This document shows positions 51,685 through 64,000 of a stretch of DNA of 64,000 nt, piece by piece (within the stretch, counting starts at the first letter, position 1; each line of letters begins with the position of its first letter). A model generated the notes under the pieces. That model made no database searches, was not told where the DNA came from, and saw only the letters and a program-made list of their open reading frames with translations. The translations under genes and the position numbers were made by a program. Source of the stretch: Syncephalis fuscata S228 (Eukaryota; Fungi; Zoopagomycota); assembly GCA_025786725.1 (NCBI GenBank), contig JAHLTZ010000036.1, forward strand, positions 124,001 through 188,000. The letters run 5' to 3'.

Positions 51685-53555
51685 TTACAGATTGCGTTGA
51701 CGAATGGTTACTTCAAGCTTACGATCAGTCATGGTATAAATAAACTGCTGTTTTGGTGTCATGTTAGCACCTGGCACAAATGTGAACTCAAAGTTGCGAA
51801 TCATAGAGGCCGCAGCCAGTCGCAACTCTAACCAGGCTAGATTACGGCCGATGCAGGATCGGACACCGTAGGAGAATGGTATAAATGCTCGCTTCATAAC
51901 GTTGACTTTTTCGACATCTACGAGCCAGCGTTCCGGCTTGAACTTGTCGTGTTCGGGCCAGTATTCTTCAAGATGATGCAATGCGTATATTTGTGGTACA
52001 AGAATGGTCTAGTGTTGTATAAGTGGATTAATTAGCAATAATAGCTGTGTTTACACGGTTATGACTTACACCTCCTGGTAAGGACTTGCCGCAAAGCTGA
52101 GTACCTTCAGGTGGAACAACGCGTTGTGGGTCACCAGCTGATGCAGGATTAATGCGGAAGGATTCGTGGAGTACGGCATTTAAATACGGAAGCTCTTTGA
52201 CGGATTCGTGTGTAATGGGCGTGTCAAGAGTAGGGAATGTAGCATCAAGTTCATCTTGCAATTTTTTCATGGCTTTGGGCGACTCGAGTAAATTATACAA
52301 AACCCTGAATAATAGTTGATCAGTATCGTTTTGCTGCTAGTATGTAGTTGTTTTTACTTACCATGTAAGTGAAGCGCCAGTGGTATCCGTACCAGCAACA
52401 CTGCATTATAAATTATAATTAGTAGATTATAATAACTTATAATAAATATCACTTACAGCATAACAATAAGCTCAGCTGCAAGTTCATCTTCGGACAAAAC
52501 CTTCCCAGTCTCTTCGTCCTTGGCATCCATAAGTCTTTGTAGAGGATCTGGACGGAATGACTCTGCTTTACGACGTCTAATAGCTTCATGTGCAAACTAA
52601 ACATAATAGCACATATTAATTAATATTCAATAACTAATGGTTATTCAGCAATGCTATCTTACATCGGACATTTGTTTCTCGGCAGCGTATAGATGAGGTA
52701 CTAATTTGGGGTGCGCCAAAGAGCCCATACCAGCTTTCTGTGATGTTATTCATTAGTCCCAGTTGTATTTTAAATAAAAAATACTTACATAAACACCCAA
52801 CATTAAGAATGAGTGCATCCAATCAATGCATGGATGGTGGTTGTTCTCAAGTAGATTAAGCGATTTGCCGAAGGAAAGCTCGCTCATAGCATCAAATGAG
52901 AAAAAGTAGTGCATTTGATGCATGTTAACCACTTGTTTGCCATCAGCATGGGATTTCAATCGACGAATAAGAGGGTTGATGCCGCTTTTTTGCACAATAG
53001 ATTCCATTTCATCGATGGCGGAGAGCGTAAAGGCTGGGGCCATTAGACGCTTTCGTTCCTTGAATGTCTCAACACTAGTGGTAGAGAACAGATTGTCTGT
53101 ATTGGCAAAATGGAAGCCTTCGTAGAACGGGCCTTTTTTGTACTTGTGAGTATTGAAAATCTCGCGTACGGTATTTACATCGGCAATAGCCACGACTTTG
53201 TGTCCTATTATTTTATAGTCATTAGGTAAATTATTAATGCTAAACTACCATGTGCTTTGATTTACTTACCCAAACGTACAATTGGCCCATACTGTTCGTG
53301 AAGGCTACGAATCGTAGTTACTTGAGTGCCAGTGGCCAATTTGTAATTGTACCATACACTGGATAACTTGGTATACCATGGTCCCGGAACATGTCCCAGT
53401 GGAGCATAAACCTCATAGGCCAAAAACTAAAAGCAGGCATAGTTAATATGGTGTCGGAGCTGAAATGCAAAGTTAGTACTACATACACAATATAAACATA
53501 AAGCACCAACAAGAAGAAGCAAGCCTTCTGTTGAAAAAAATAAATCAGTAATCAT
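51685..53555 (-). CDS. Cytochrome P450, multi-exon
   Basis: TM N-terminus MITDLFFSTEGLLLLVGALCLY; VPGP; AGTDTT; ESFR; PERW; heme motif FSYGVRSCIG. Confidence 0.95.
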
Positions 53556-55116
53556 AGTTGCACTGACGATAAAATATAAGTGAATACAATTTTGAATAGT
53601 AAGAAGCCGAAATTCAGTACAATAAGATTGAAAAGAGTCGCAGTGTAAAGGCGCTTTTTTAAATGGTTTATTCGTTATGCTGGCGTGACTGCGATCATAG
53701 GCTGTTGATGATGATATCAACGATATGCACGAAGAATACAACTGGCCCCTAAATCTACCCCCCCCCTCATGTAGTAAAAAAAGTCGAACACCACTATGGG
53801 AGCAACATGCAGCCGCAAGACTACACGTGAATTGGTTGAGAAAATATAGGAATCATATTGCATTTGGCCTGCCTGTTTCAAGCTAACAGAAATACACGAC
53901 TATACTGACGGGTTGGCTTTACAAAAACAAAGAGCAATAAACAAGTAATAACAGTGCTCTTTTGAATACAAATAGATCACATGCTGTTTCTGCATTGTCT
54001 TCAATAGTGGACAAACAGATGCAGGCGCCCATTAAATACTATTTGTCATGATATTACCTCAACAAACTCTATATTTAACTGATATCCATCGTTGTGTGCA
54101 AACAATCATTGTGTAGATTGTTTGGTGCAATGCTAACTGTGTTAAACGTTACATAGTTAATAAACGAACAAAGAACACGGGGTAATATTGGGAATTATTT
54201 ATCCATGACTGGAATAGTCGATTGATACTATATGTAGAATTTAAATGCAGCATTCTACATAACCGGAATACACGCCAGCAATGATGCATCGGTGACAATA
54301 TGCCAACAAGTTTGAAATAGCCTAAAGTAGGCACTAACAGACTAAAACGCGTTAACTGAATTGTGCGCGATCATAAGCAGTCCATTAGATGTTACGACAA
54401 GCTTTCAGTTAGCTAAAAGCTATATAGTTTACTATTGACCATTAAATAATAAAGCAACATATCACCTATAACATTAACTAACTGACGTATGCGACAGTTT
54501 AGCGGCCTTTCTTGCCTTGGACAAGCACTCAGCCATACATGGATACACTAGCATGCCAATGAAAACCAGTCCATCTGCAAGTAGCATCGCTTTTGCTAAA
54601 GAAATCATCTAAGCGCCTATGACCCGTATTATCAAGTTGATGCACTAACTTGGCTTCTGCAGAACTGCAGCTAGATTGCGTTTGTGCCATCGCCTGTTAG
54701 TCCAAAAAGTCATTAGTATTTACATATCAATAACTGATGCTTTATTAAAATTAATTATTTTTATTTCAGGCATTAAAACATTATCTAGCACCATTAGAGT
54801 TCATACGAATAAAAGTTTTATTTAGTCTAAACCTATGCTAGTTTAGCAATTTAGACCGCAAATTCCTTGGTTTTTAAATGCATCTGCCCTATGTTCAATC
54901 AGTCATGCATGTAACGTGCATAACAGTATACCAAGCCTTTGTACAACACTATATCCTTTGTCAGAAGGCATCAAATTTCCCCAATGCACGAGAAGAATGC
55001 CGACTATCACCACTCTACAAGACAAGAACAATGTAACACTTTAACTTTATTGAATCACTACGTATTTATTACAGCTACAAATACTTGAAGTTTATGCTGA
55101 TTTTGGTTAAATTGTA

Positions 55117-55893
55117 CTTTGACTTTTACATTTTGAGTCCCCAAAGTAAAATTTGCTTTAATTGAAGCCATGTTGTTATGCACAACATAATTATATTACT
55201 TTTTATTAAATGCTGTTAATATATTGATTTAAATAAAAATGTACCATACTATTTGATTTCATTGAAACATTTGAAATTAATCATTGTTGTTGTTGGCCAT
55301 GTTTAGAAAGATTGATCGAATATTAATAAAAGCCATTGATCGCAATTCCATGTCGTTCCGCTGTTATTGCATCTACGTACAACATGGATTATTGCATCTA
55401 AACGGTCTCTTCTATTTTCCAATCTTCTACTGTTGCATTTGGGCATATTTGCAATGTAAGATACTCGTCTATGGTGACAAAAAGGTAGGAGACTAGCGTT
55501 TTTGATGTTCATCATTGCCTTGAGCATTCTTGGTATCAACTTGGTAGGTACAGTTTATCTGCCAATCATTAATAAAGCAAATCAGCCTCCATCATACGCA
55601 ATAATGATAGGTTGAGTGTTTTTACCAGGAAGATCTTGTGGCGACAGTTATTCCATAATATACGGTATGCTATTAAGGTTGCTTGAACAGGTGTTGATGT
55701 AAAATAAGAGAAATAAAGACTAGGAATTGAATAGTGTTTTTTATTGATGTTCAAATACGCATGCTATTTATATTGTTATATTCGGCATTATCATGTAATA
55801 TATTATTGAATAAAACAATAATATAACGATAAGACAATAAGATAGTAATAAGAAAAATGGTAAAATGAGTAAATAAAAAATATGAAAGTAAAA
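55117..55893 (-). mobile_element. Family B Fanzor-remnant TIR element, copy 4 (near full length)
   Basis: Right TIR TA-CTTTGACTTTTACATTT at 55115-55133. The minus strand reads PIIIAYDGG*FA...VPTKLIPRMLK...VTIDEYLTLQIC.KCNSRRLENRRDRLDAIIHVVRRCNNSGTTWNCD. Degenerate left end near 55893. Confidence 0.85.
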
Positions 55894-56777
55894 TAGCTTC
55901 GACTTTTAAACGTTTATGTAATAGTTCTATCAGTATTAGTTAAAAGCAACATGAATCAATAAACCATACTAAATCATAAAGCAAGCCAAAACACTTGTAC
56001 CAACATACTGGTGTAGAATGGCTATTATATAGTATATCTATCAATATCCAGGATTACTTCATTTGTGGTCTGGCAACTTGTTACCACATGGCAATCCACG
56101 TGTATACTAAACCGCCTTGAATGGCCTAATCACACTCATTATTTCTAACAGCAACAACACCGCCACAGTACCACGGTTACTATTCACGCCCACAGTAGAC
56201 TACCAACCTATTACCGATAGCAACAGTAGCAGTAATACAGCATTCTCTATCACAAGCTGAATGTTCTAAAGTAGTCGGAATATCAATACACATGTCGTCT
56301 CCGTTTAGTAAATGGCCATACCCCGATCGCCATCCAAAATGGCAATCCTGCATTAGTAGTGATGGCCCTATAAATCACGCTTATACTTTTGTGTGTGTGC
56401 GTGTCCCTATTAATTACAACAACAACAATAATAATAATAACTGAAGGGTCGCTGATACGAGGAGCCATGCTGTTTTGGCAAGTGTGCATGGATAACTCCC
56501 ACCTGGCCATTTCCTTTTTACTTGAATTTCACTTTCAGTCGTTATATACACTGCTTATTAAGTAGTGGCTACCACTCTCCTCATAGCCATAACTATCGTA
56601 GTCTTTATTCTTACTGCCTTTTACTATTACTGGTCGCCTAATCTCTACCACCTGCACGACTTACTTTCTTTCATCTTATTGTCAACCTTCTAGTTGCTTC
56701 GCTTAGACTCACGGCTTATTGTGTGCTTGCTCGTAGATTGTCATTTTTGCTTGGCCTTTGCTAAGTTAAACACGAAC

Positions 56778-56830
56778 AACACACACACACACACATATAC
56801 ACATATACACATACACACACGTATACACAC
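56778..56830. repeat. (CA/TA)n microsatellite
   Basis: Imperfect CACACA...TATACACATATACAC run. Confidence 0.8.
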
Positions 56831-57635
56831 TTGCGTGGTACTCGAGTGTTACTATTCGCTATAAACTTGAAGACTGGTCTGTAGCAAAGCACGTGCCAAC
56901 TAATTAGCCACAAGTACACAAGGCATTCTTCTTTCATTTCTCGTTCTGCGTTCAATTCTACAAGCACCAGCATTGATTTGTTATAGTAGGCCAGCAGTTA
57001 AGCCAACCTTTAACAATTGCACTAGTATAGTTATAGAGGAATTGTCCAGGTACTATTGTGAGCGACGTGTGGGCCATTTCGAAACACGGCGTTCAAAAAT
57101 ACAACGCCAACCAACCTTGCCCCATAGCACATTAGTGACAGCAGGCAATTGAATACTATTAACAATACAGCTTACATATAGTGCAGTCAATATACGGTTT
57201 ATTCATTCAAGGTATTCATTTATTATTGTCTAGGTAAGTATCAACTCATTATAGAAGGGTCGCTATGTCCCTAGTGAAATGTAAAGGGGGACCTACACAG
57301 TGGAAAAGGATTCATTAAATGTAACTGTGACCACATGTGTGTATTCATTCGATACGACATCCGGTTTGTGTTCACTTTGCCTTGTCGTTTCAGTCTATAC
57401 ACTACGGCCTCTTGCATGAATTTAATTATCGACTATCATCAAATAGACCGACTTTACTCGTCTATTAAGCGACTGTTTGTATTTCTATGATTTTAAACAC
57501 ATATTTAGTTTATTGGATTACTGAATTATGAAATATCGTACATTATAATACATGATACTAATTGATCTTTTATTATTGCATCTATTAGTATTTTAATAAC
57601 AATAATAGCAACTGAATCGACTAGTACAACTAAAT

Positions 57636-60600
57636 ATGACGGCCACAACAGCTGAAAATCAAACAAAAACCAGCAGTAGATTTGGCGGAAAGCGTAAAAA
57701 CAACCGTATTAGTTTGGGTGCGAGTAAACATACCGAACCAATTATTGGCAGTTCACCTTTTGCGTCTATTCTTGATGCAGTTGCCTCAACACCAATGGCG
57801 GCTCAGCTTATGCAGAAGCCATTGCCAGTAGAACCAAACAATGGTGATTTGCCATTACCACCACTACCATTACCGGTACAAGCATCACTTGACGTTAATG
57901 TTAGTTTCAGTCGACAGCAAATATCACTTGATGCAGCTTGTCATGCACATATTCGATCATTACTGCGCCAGGCTTTGGAAAGTTCATTTCTACTACCCGT
58001 CCCTTGGGAAGATATCTTATTTGTTATTGCTATGAATCTAGCAGATAATGTACCACGTTCACTAGCCATAATAGACAATATTAAATTGGATAACGACAAC
58101 TCATCGAACACGGCAGAGGAAGTAGATAGCTCATCTGATGGTCCTTCATCTGTTGGTTCAGGATCGGCTAAACGCCCCCATCGATTTCTTGTAACGATAC
58201 TGGATGTTGAAGGCGATCGACCAGAGAATTCAAAGTTTGTACATGGACAATTTGATGGACGGCCTATTTTTAGACATGATAATTCGCGTGGACTTATTGA
58301 TCCAGATGTTTCATTAGTAGGCGGTACTATTGTGTTACACGGCGATAGACGCGAACTTAGTAAAGCAATGCGTATCATGGAACTATTGGCGTATGTTGTT
58401 TGTAGTTTAGCCTTGGAAATGCACTTATTACGCGATCATCATGCATTACGTTCACGGGAAGATGTTGTTATGGCTGAATTACGCGCCGAGGCCCGTGATG
58501 GTATTAGCACTACAAGCAGCAAGAAGAAAGGTCGTAAATTACTTGGTAAAGATCTACTATCCGGCACACCACGTTTAATAAGTGGTTCGGGCTCATCATC
58601 GCCTACTCATTTGAAACGGGCCAGTACACCAGGTGCCAGTATTTGGAACTGGCTAGTAGGTCGTGGACAGAATGAAGAACGGGCCAGTGGCAGTGCTACG
58701 CCAATTGCATCACGTGAACTGCATACAAGTCACAGTGCTAACCTAAGCATTAATAGCAGTAATAACAATGGCGGTGGCAATAATAATCGTCATTATCCAT
58801 TCCATGCTCATCGTCCATCATCGGCCTCATCATCGTCATCAACGACTAAAATACCAGCTACACGTGAACTTCAACCACCAGATTTGTCTGCATCGACTGT
58901 GTCGTTGGAATTGCGTGGCTCTAATCGATTTGCACGTATTTTACACCAAATGGAACGGGCTGTGTTATCAACATCACCAGATGTTATATTTCCACCCCCA
59001 CATTTACTACAACGCTTACGCCGTGAAGAGGAAGAAGACGAACGTGCTGATCATGAAGCCTATGCTGTGTCACCAGTCAATTCGTCGTTTATGGCAGGCG
59101 GCTCACTAGAACAGCTATTAGCATCAGCGGCCATTGCTCCAAATTCACTGCCCAGTCCTGGCCCACTTACTTCGCCATTTGATACGCGACGCGGTAGAGG
59201 CACGGTTATTTCAAGCCGTAGTTCACGCGGTATATCCATTGATGCCAAAGCGGGTCTAAGCTATTTAGCGACCAATAACAACTCACTTGAAGGTGTATTT
59301 AGACATCAAAGTCTTACCTTTTTGTATAGTAACTACTGGTCAGCCACTGCCTCATCGTCGTGTCAACCTACCGAACTACGAACGATTGACTACTACCAAC
59401 GAGAAGCCAGCGATCATCAAGCGGACCAGACATTAGCCGAGTTTATTTATCGCATGCGCGATGAAGCCAATTTACTATGTCCTGAACCAGGCTGTGGTCG
59501 TAAAATGTTAAGCCATATTGCTAGTTATGTCCATGGACCAGGCCGGGTCAATGTCACGATTGAAGAGACAAAGGCCCCGCTACCAACTGGTGTTGACTAT
59601 AATCGCGATAGAAATGCCATCACTATGTGGACACGCTGTAGAATCTGTGAAGCCACCACACCAATGACACTTATGTCACCGGCAACACAACGCTATTCAT
59701 TTGGCAAATATCTTGAGTTGCTTTTATATAATCCACGATTTATTTGTCAATTATTGTGTTCACATGCCCAATCGCGTGAACTACTTATACGCTGTTTCCG
59801 TGTTGGTCAACATATTATACGCGTTGATTACGAAGCAGTGGATCTATTTGAAATGCGTGTACCACGTATTCAAGTAGATCCAGAACTAGCTTTATTGCCG
59901 GCTACACGTGAACTGCTACGTAGAGATGATCAACCAGACCCAGATGAGGCACTACAAATGCTTGAACAGCTACGTTTGGATATTGCTCAATTTTACGGCA
60001 GTGCTAAATGCCACATTACACTATTAGAGGAGTTTACCGGTGTAGAGGCATGTGAACGTGGAGAAGGCACCCTTGAACAAGTATGCTGCCAAACAATGCT
60101 AGAAGAAATTACTACCGATTTCCGTCGTGAAGAATTTGAACTTTACGAAGAAGCACGTCTAATGGATGCATGTGAATTAAATGATATACGTCGAGCATTT
60201 AAGATTCGTTCACAAGCAGCCATTACTCGTGTCAATCTATGGCGTAAAGTACATGCTGATGGCTGTAAAGCCGAAGCCAATGAGGCATGGAAATTACCTG
60301 AATACGTAGAGTAAGTATAGCGATATAAATCAGATATGCATTAATACTAATGCGTATTAATAGATCTCCATTGGCTCATGTATTCCCTGGATCACGTATT
60401 ATTGTAAGAGAGAATGAACCCAGTTCAATTATTGCTTATACATTAAGGTAAGCTATTATAACTAGTTAATTAACAACAACACTATATCCAACACTAATTA
60501 CTATTACCACTAGTGCACGGGCCTTCCAACAAGCATTAGCTGAGTTGGGCACACCACCACCATCACCGGATGAAGAAGTGGCACTTATTAACGGTCAACA

Positions 60601-62147
60601 CTATTATGGTGATGATGGATTTGACCATGACTCTTATATGGATCCCAATTATGCCCATACCATTGCTACTGAAGAGGAAAGCGACTATGGTGCTTCAGTG
60701 GCAGCCACTTCATACTTTGCATCTACATTTAACGACACACAAATGTACAGTCCCAGCCATGCAGATACCCAATCTAGAATGCAACCACATCGTATTGAAG
60801 GTGACGATGCCATGTTACACGTAAAGACATGGCCCACAAGTGAAATTTACTCACCTCACTTGAAGATGAGTAAGTAGCTAGTGAATGCACTTATATAAAT
60901 ACTTATCCTATTGTATTAATAGAATTCTCTGAAGGCAATATGAAATTCTCTTGTGTGGTCTATTATGCCGCACAATTTGATCAATTACGTCGTAAATGTG
61001 GTGTTAATAACATTTACCTTCAATCATTGGCCAGATGTGATCCATGGAGTGCACAAGGCGGTAAATCACAGTCTACCTTCTTTAAAACCAAAGATGATCG
61101 ACTAGTAGTGAAACAAATGCTTAATAACTGGACAGTGGCTGAAAAGGACGCTTTATTAAAGTTTGCCCCCTCTTACTTTAATTATATGGATCAATCATCG
61201 CAGGTAAGTTAGACTAATGTACATTTAATTGAACTAATTGAATGAATCAATGAAATAGAATCCAAGTGTATTGGCCAAGATATTTGGTTTCTATACCGTT
61301 AAATACAAGAATGTCCATACGGGTAAAACGATGAAGATGGATCTATTAGTAATGGAACATTGTTCTATAGACAAAAGATTACTCGGGTAAGTATGATGGA
61401 ATGAATCAATAGACTTTTTCCCCTACTAATGAACTACAATTGATTAAATAATAGAAATTTGATCTTAAAGGTATTCCAGAACGATATGTCGATTTACATA
61501 AAAGTTCAAGTGAAACACTATGGGATGGTGATTGGGTAGAAGGTAAGTTATTGGCGTATTTAATTCTATTAACCATAACACGAATATTAACTATTTAATG
61601 CTATTAGGCAGCTATCGCAGTGTACTTATGACATATGGTCATTCCAAGACAATTATTCGTGAATCTATTAGAAATGATACACGATTCTTGGCTGAATCCA
61701 ATGTCATGGACTATTCTTTACTCGTCGGTGTAGAGATCAGAATAAGGAATTGGTGGTAGGCATTGTTGGTATGTAATAACGATTAAGTAGTGTAAACAAC
61801 CATACACTAATTCATTGAATATTTTATTATATATATATATAGATTTTATTGGTACTTATAATTGGTACAAGCGTATTGAATCACGTAGTAAATCAACCCT
61901 CCGTCTTACCAATAGTACACGACAAGTTACTGTTGTACCACCTGAACAATATAAAACACGATTCCGTGATGGCATGGAACAATATTTCCTTTCTGTTCCA
62001 GGTAAGTCATTCATCGATTATTAACTAAATGGCTATTAATAAAAGTACACTGATTAAATAGATAAATGGATTAAAACATCCAATAGTATTACTAGTACCA
62101 GTGGTAAATCAACCACCAGCACACTTAAACTGCCGTCCGTACTTTAA
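57636..62147 (+). CDS. FAB1/PIKfyve-like phosphatidylinositol-3-phosphate 5-kinase, multi-exon
   Basis: Cys/His CHK region (HQSL..C..IDYY..D.TL..F, SYVHG.GRV, YSFGKYLEL); VRENEPSSIIAYTL; QGGKSQSTFFKTKDDR; SVLAKIFG; FDLKG; NVMDYSLLVG; GIVDFI..YNW.K. Confidence 0.9.
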
Positions 62148-62582
62148 TACACTTTTATTTCTAGTTATAGTTTAGTATTTATACAAATACTAGGCTTTAT
62201 CTTGATTCTTTATTTCTTTCCTTCTTTTTATTCTTTTTATTCTTTAATTTTAACCATTGATACTTTCATATACACCTATCTATTTACTCTTGTTTTTTCT
62301 GTTTTATATCACCATAATTGATTCAATACATTTAGAGTCAATTAAATGGATAAAGAAAACTTTTTTAAATTTACTATGATTTAGTTGTGTGTCCATTAGA
62401 AGGATTAATAGGTGATTTGCCATTAAGCCGTTTAGTATGAGCGTTAGTATTGTTACTGCTAGCTGTTCTTCTTAACAAAGTCGGTGACGGCGTAGATGCT
62501 CTTGTATCAACATCATACGACTGCTTATGTTTCTATTATGGTTATTATTATAGTTAATTGTTATGTTGCTATGTTATTTATA

Positions 62583-64000
62583 TTATATAATTACCATTTT
62601 ACGAGTATTTGTATCATTGTCATTATCTAAACTACCCTTACCATATCCATGATTTGATGATGATGATGATGATGACACCGATGATGCCACTGATGATGCC
62701 ATAGTAGTATCATCATTATTGCCATGATTATTCATGCTACTAGATCCTAAAAGATTGGCTGTATCATCATTAATAAATGAAAGACGTGGAGATGAAGGTG
62801 ATGTTACAGAAGATGAAACAGAACCAGATCGAAGTGATCTACTTTTATATAGACGAGGTGATGATGGACTTGGTGAGTGGGATCTGTGGCTTCCGTCAAT
62901 ACTTAAACCATCACCACGTATACAGTGTCGATGTCGATGATTACTATTAGAACGACCAAGTGGTGAATATAAACCACTATTACTATTATTACTAATAGAC
63001 TCTTCATTATCCCCTATTGACTGGTTATGATGGTGTAGAGATGGTGAACGAGGTGATCCAGGCATAGATGAAGTAGTAGTCACTATACCGGATGTTTTAA
63101 TGTCGTGAATAGGTGCTGATTCACTACGTTTTCGTTGTTGTTGTTGTTGTTGACGACGAGCCTGCATACTTAGATTATTACTATGTTGTCGTTGAAGTGA
63201 AGTAATCGTCGGTTTCTGTATAGTAGACGTGCTTGTTCGTTGGTGTCTAGGTGAACTTGGTGGTGTTGATAACAGCTCATTGGTTAAAAGGGCAGTATTT
63301 GATGGGTCGGGTGAGGTTTGTTGAAATTTATCACGTACTGATTTGTAATGATTCAATTCTTGCATTGAAATAGAAGGTGACAATTCTTGAAGGGCCAATT
63401 CAAAGTCACCCAGTGTTACTTGTACGCATATATCCTCTTCACTGGCCATATGATCAAAGAAATAGTGCACAGTAATAGGCAGTGGTATATGAGATGGCTG
63501 TGGCTGAGCATTTAATGCCGCTATAACCAACTATTAACATTTATACTATTACGGTGTCATTACTAGATACTTACCAACTTTTTCTTCAACGGCATTGGCC
63601 ACTCGAGTCATTGCTTTAAGCATAGCATCAGAACAAAGAGCATAGAAATCAGCACCTGTATAATTGAATGGACATTGATTGGCCACTTGACGTAGATCGA
63701 GATCTGGATGTAAATGGAATCTATAACAAAGATATTAATAATGCTAGAATGTTATAATGTCATAAATAGATTATGAACATACTTTCTAGTAAGGGCTTTT
63801 ATAATATTTAATTGTGATTCATGATCTTCACTAATACCCAAATACAGTAACTTGTCAAATCTATTACTCAATGCCATTAATACTATAATCAATCTATGAA
63901 TATACTAGTTAATTACCGTCCAGGACGTAATAGTGCTGGATCAAGTAGATCGGGTCGATTTGTTGCCCCAATAACAAATACATCACCGCCACCACCTTGA
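62583..64000 (-). CDS. PEX6: Peroxisomal AAA ATPase Pex6, 3' part
   Basis: [53 protein letters not shown] and DFELALQELSPSISMQELNHY. Confidence 0.9.

Noticed and set aside
55284-55754. Short ORFs 55284-55496, 55303-55539 and 55569-55754 as genes
   Set aside because: They are fragments or shadow frames of the decayed Fanzor element.

Overview
This is AT-rich eukaryotic genomic DNA with short (about 45-90 nt) GT-AG introns. It most resembles an early-diverging fungus, probably a zoopagalean mycoparasite such as Syncephalis (inferred from gene families, not verified). It holds about 23 protein-coding genes: SUA5, PRO3, a Cys/Met PLP lyase, MED17, two P450s, dephospho-CoA kinase, RRS1, TFIIIC sub6, KIN17, an F-box-like gene, a 7TM receptor-like gene, GCP4, IMP3, GMPPA, a Rap1-C-domain protein, a secreted prolyl-oligopeptidase homologue, a FAB1-like kinase, PEX6 and several unknowns. 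It also holds the nuclear RNase P RNA gene and several repeat families. Highlights: (1) An 81-bp 'satellite' at 29.9-30.9 kb is, on the minus strand, an array of thirteen 3-nt micro-exons between canonical introns. Spliced to a signal-peptide/RR exon, it encodes the secreted disulfide peptide DPCDPFHPCTS and could yield a combinatorial peptide set by exon skipping. (2) Five copies of a TA-flanked TIR element carry decayed Fanzor (TnpB-like RuvC/Zn-finger) coding sequence and a conserved structured 3' end, and a second Fanzor subfamily relic is also present. (3) A secreted POP homologue lacks its catalytic Ser and His and lies inside nested inverted repeats. (4) An unassigned multi-helix RNA candidate lies at about 50.3-50.6 kb. 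Many conserved genes show single-base deletions that look like assembly errors. All coordinates were read by eye; intron and element boundaries may be off by a few bases.
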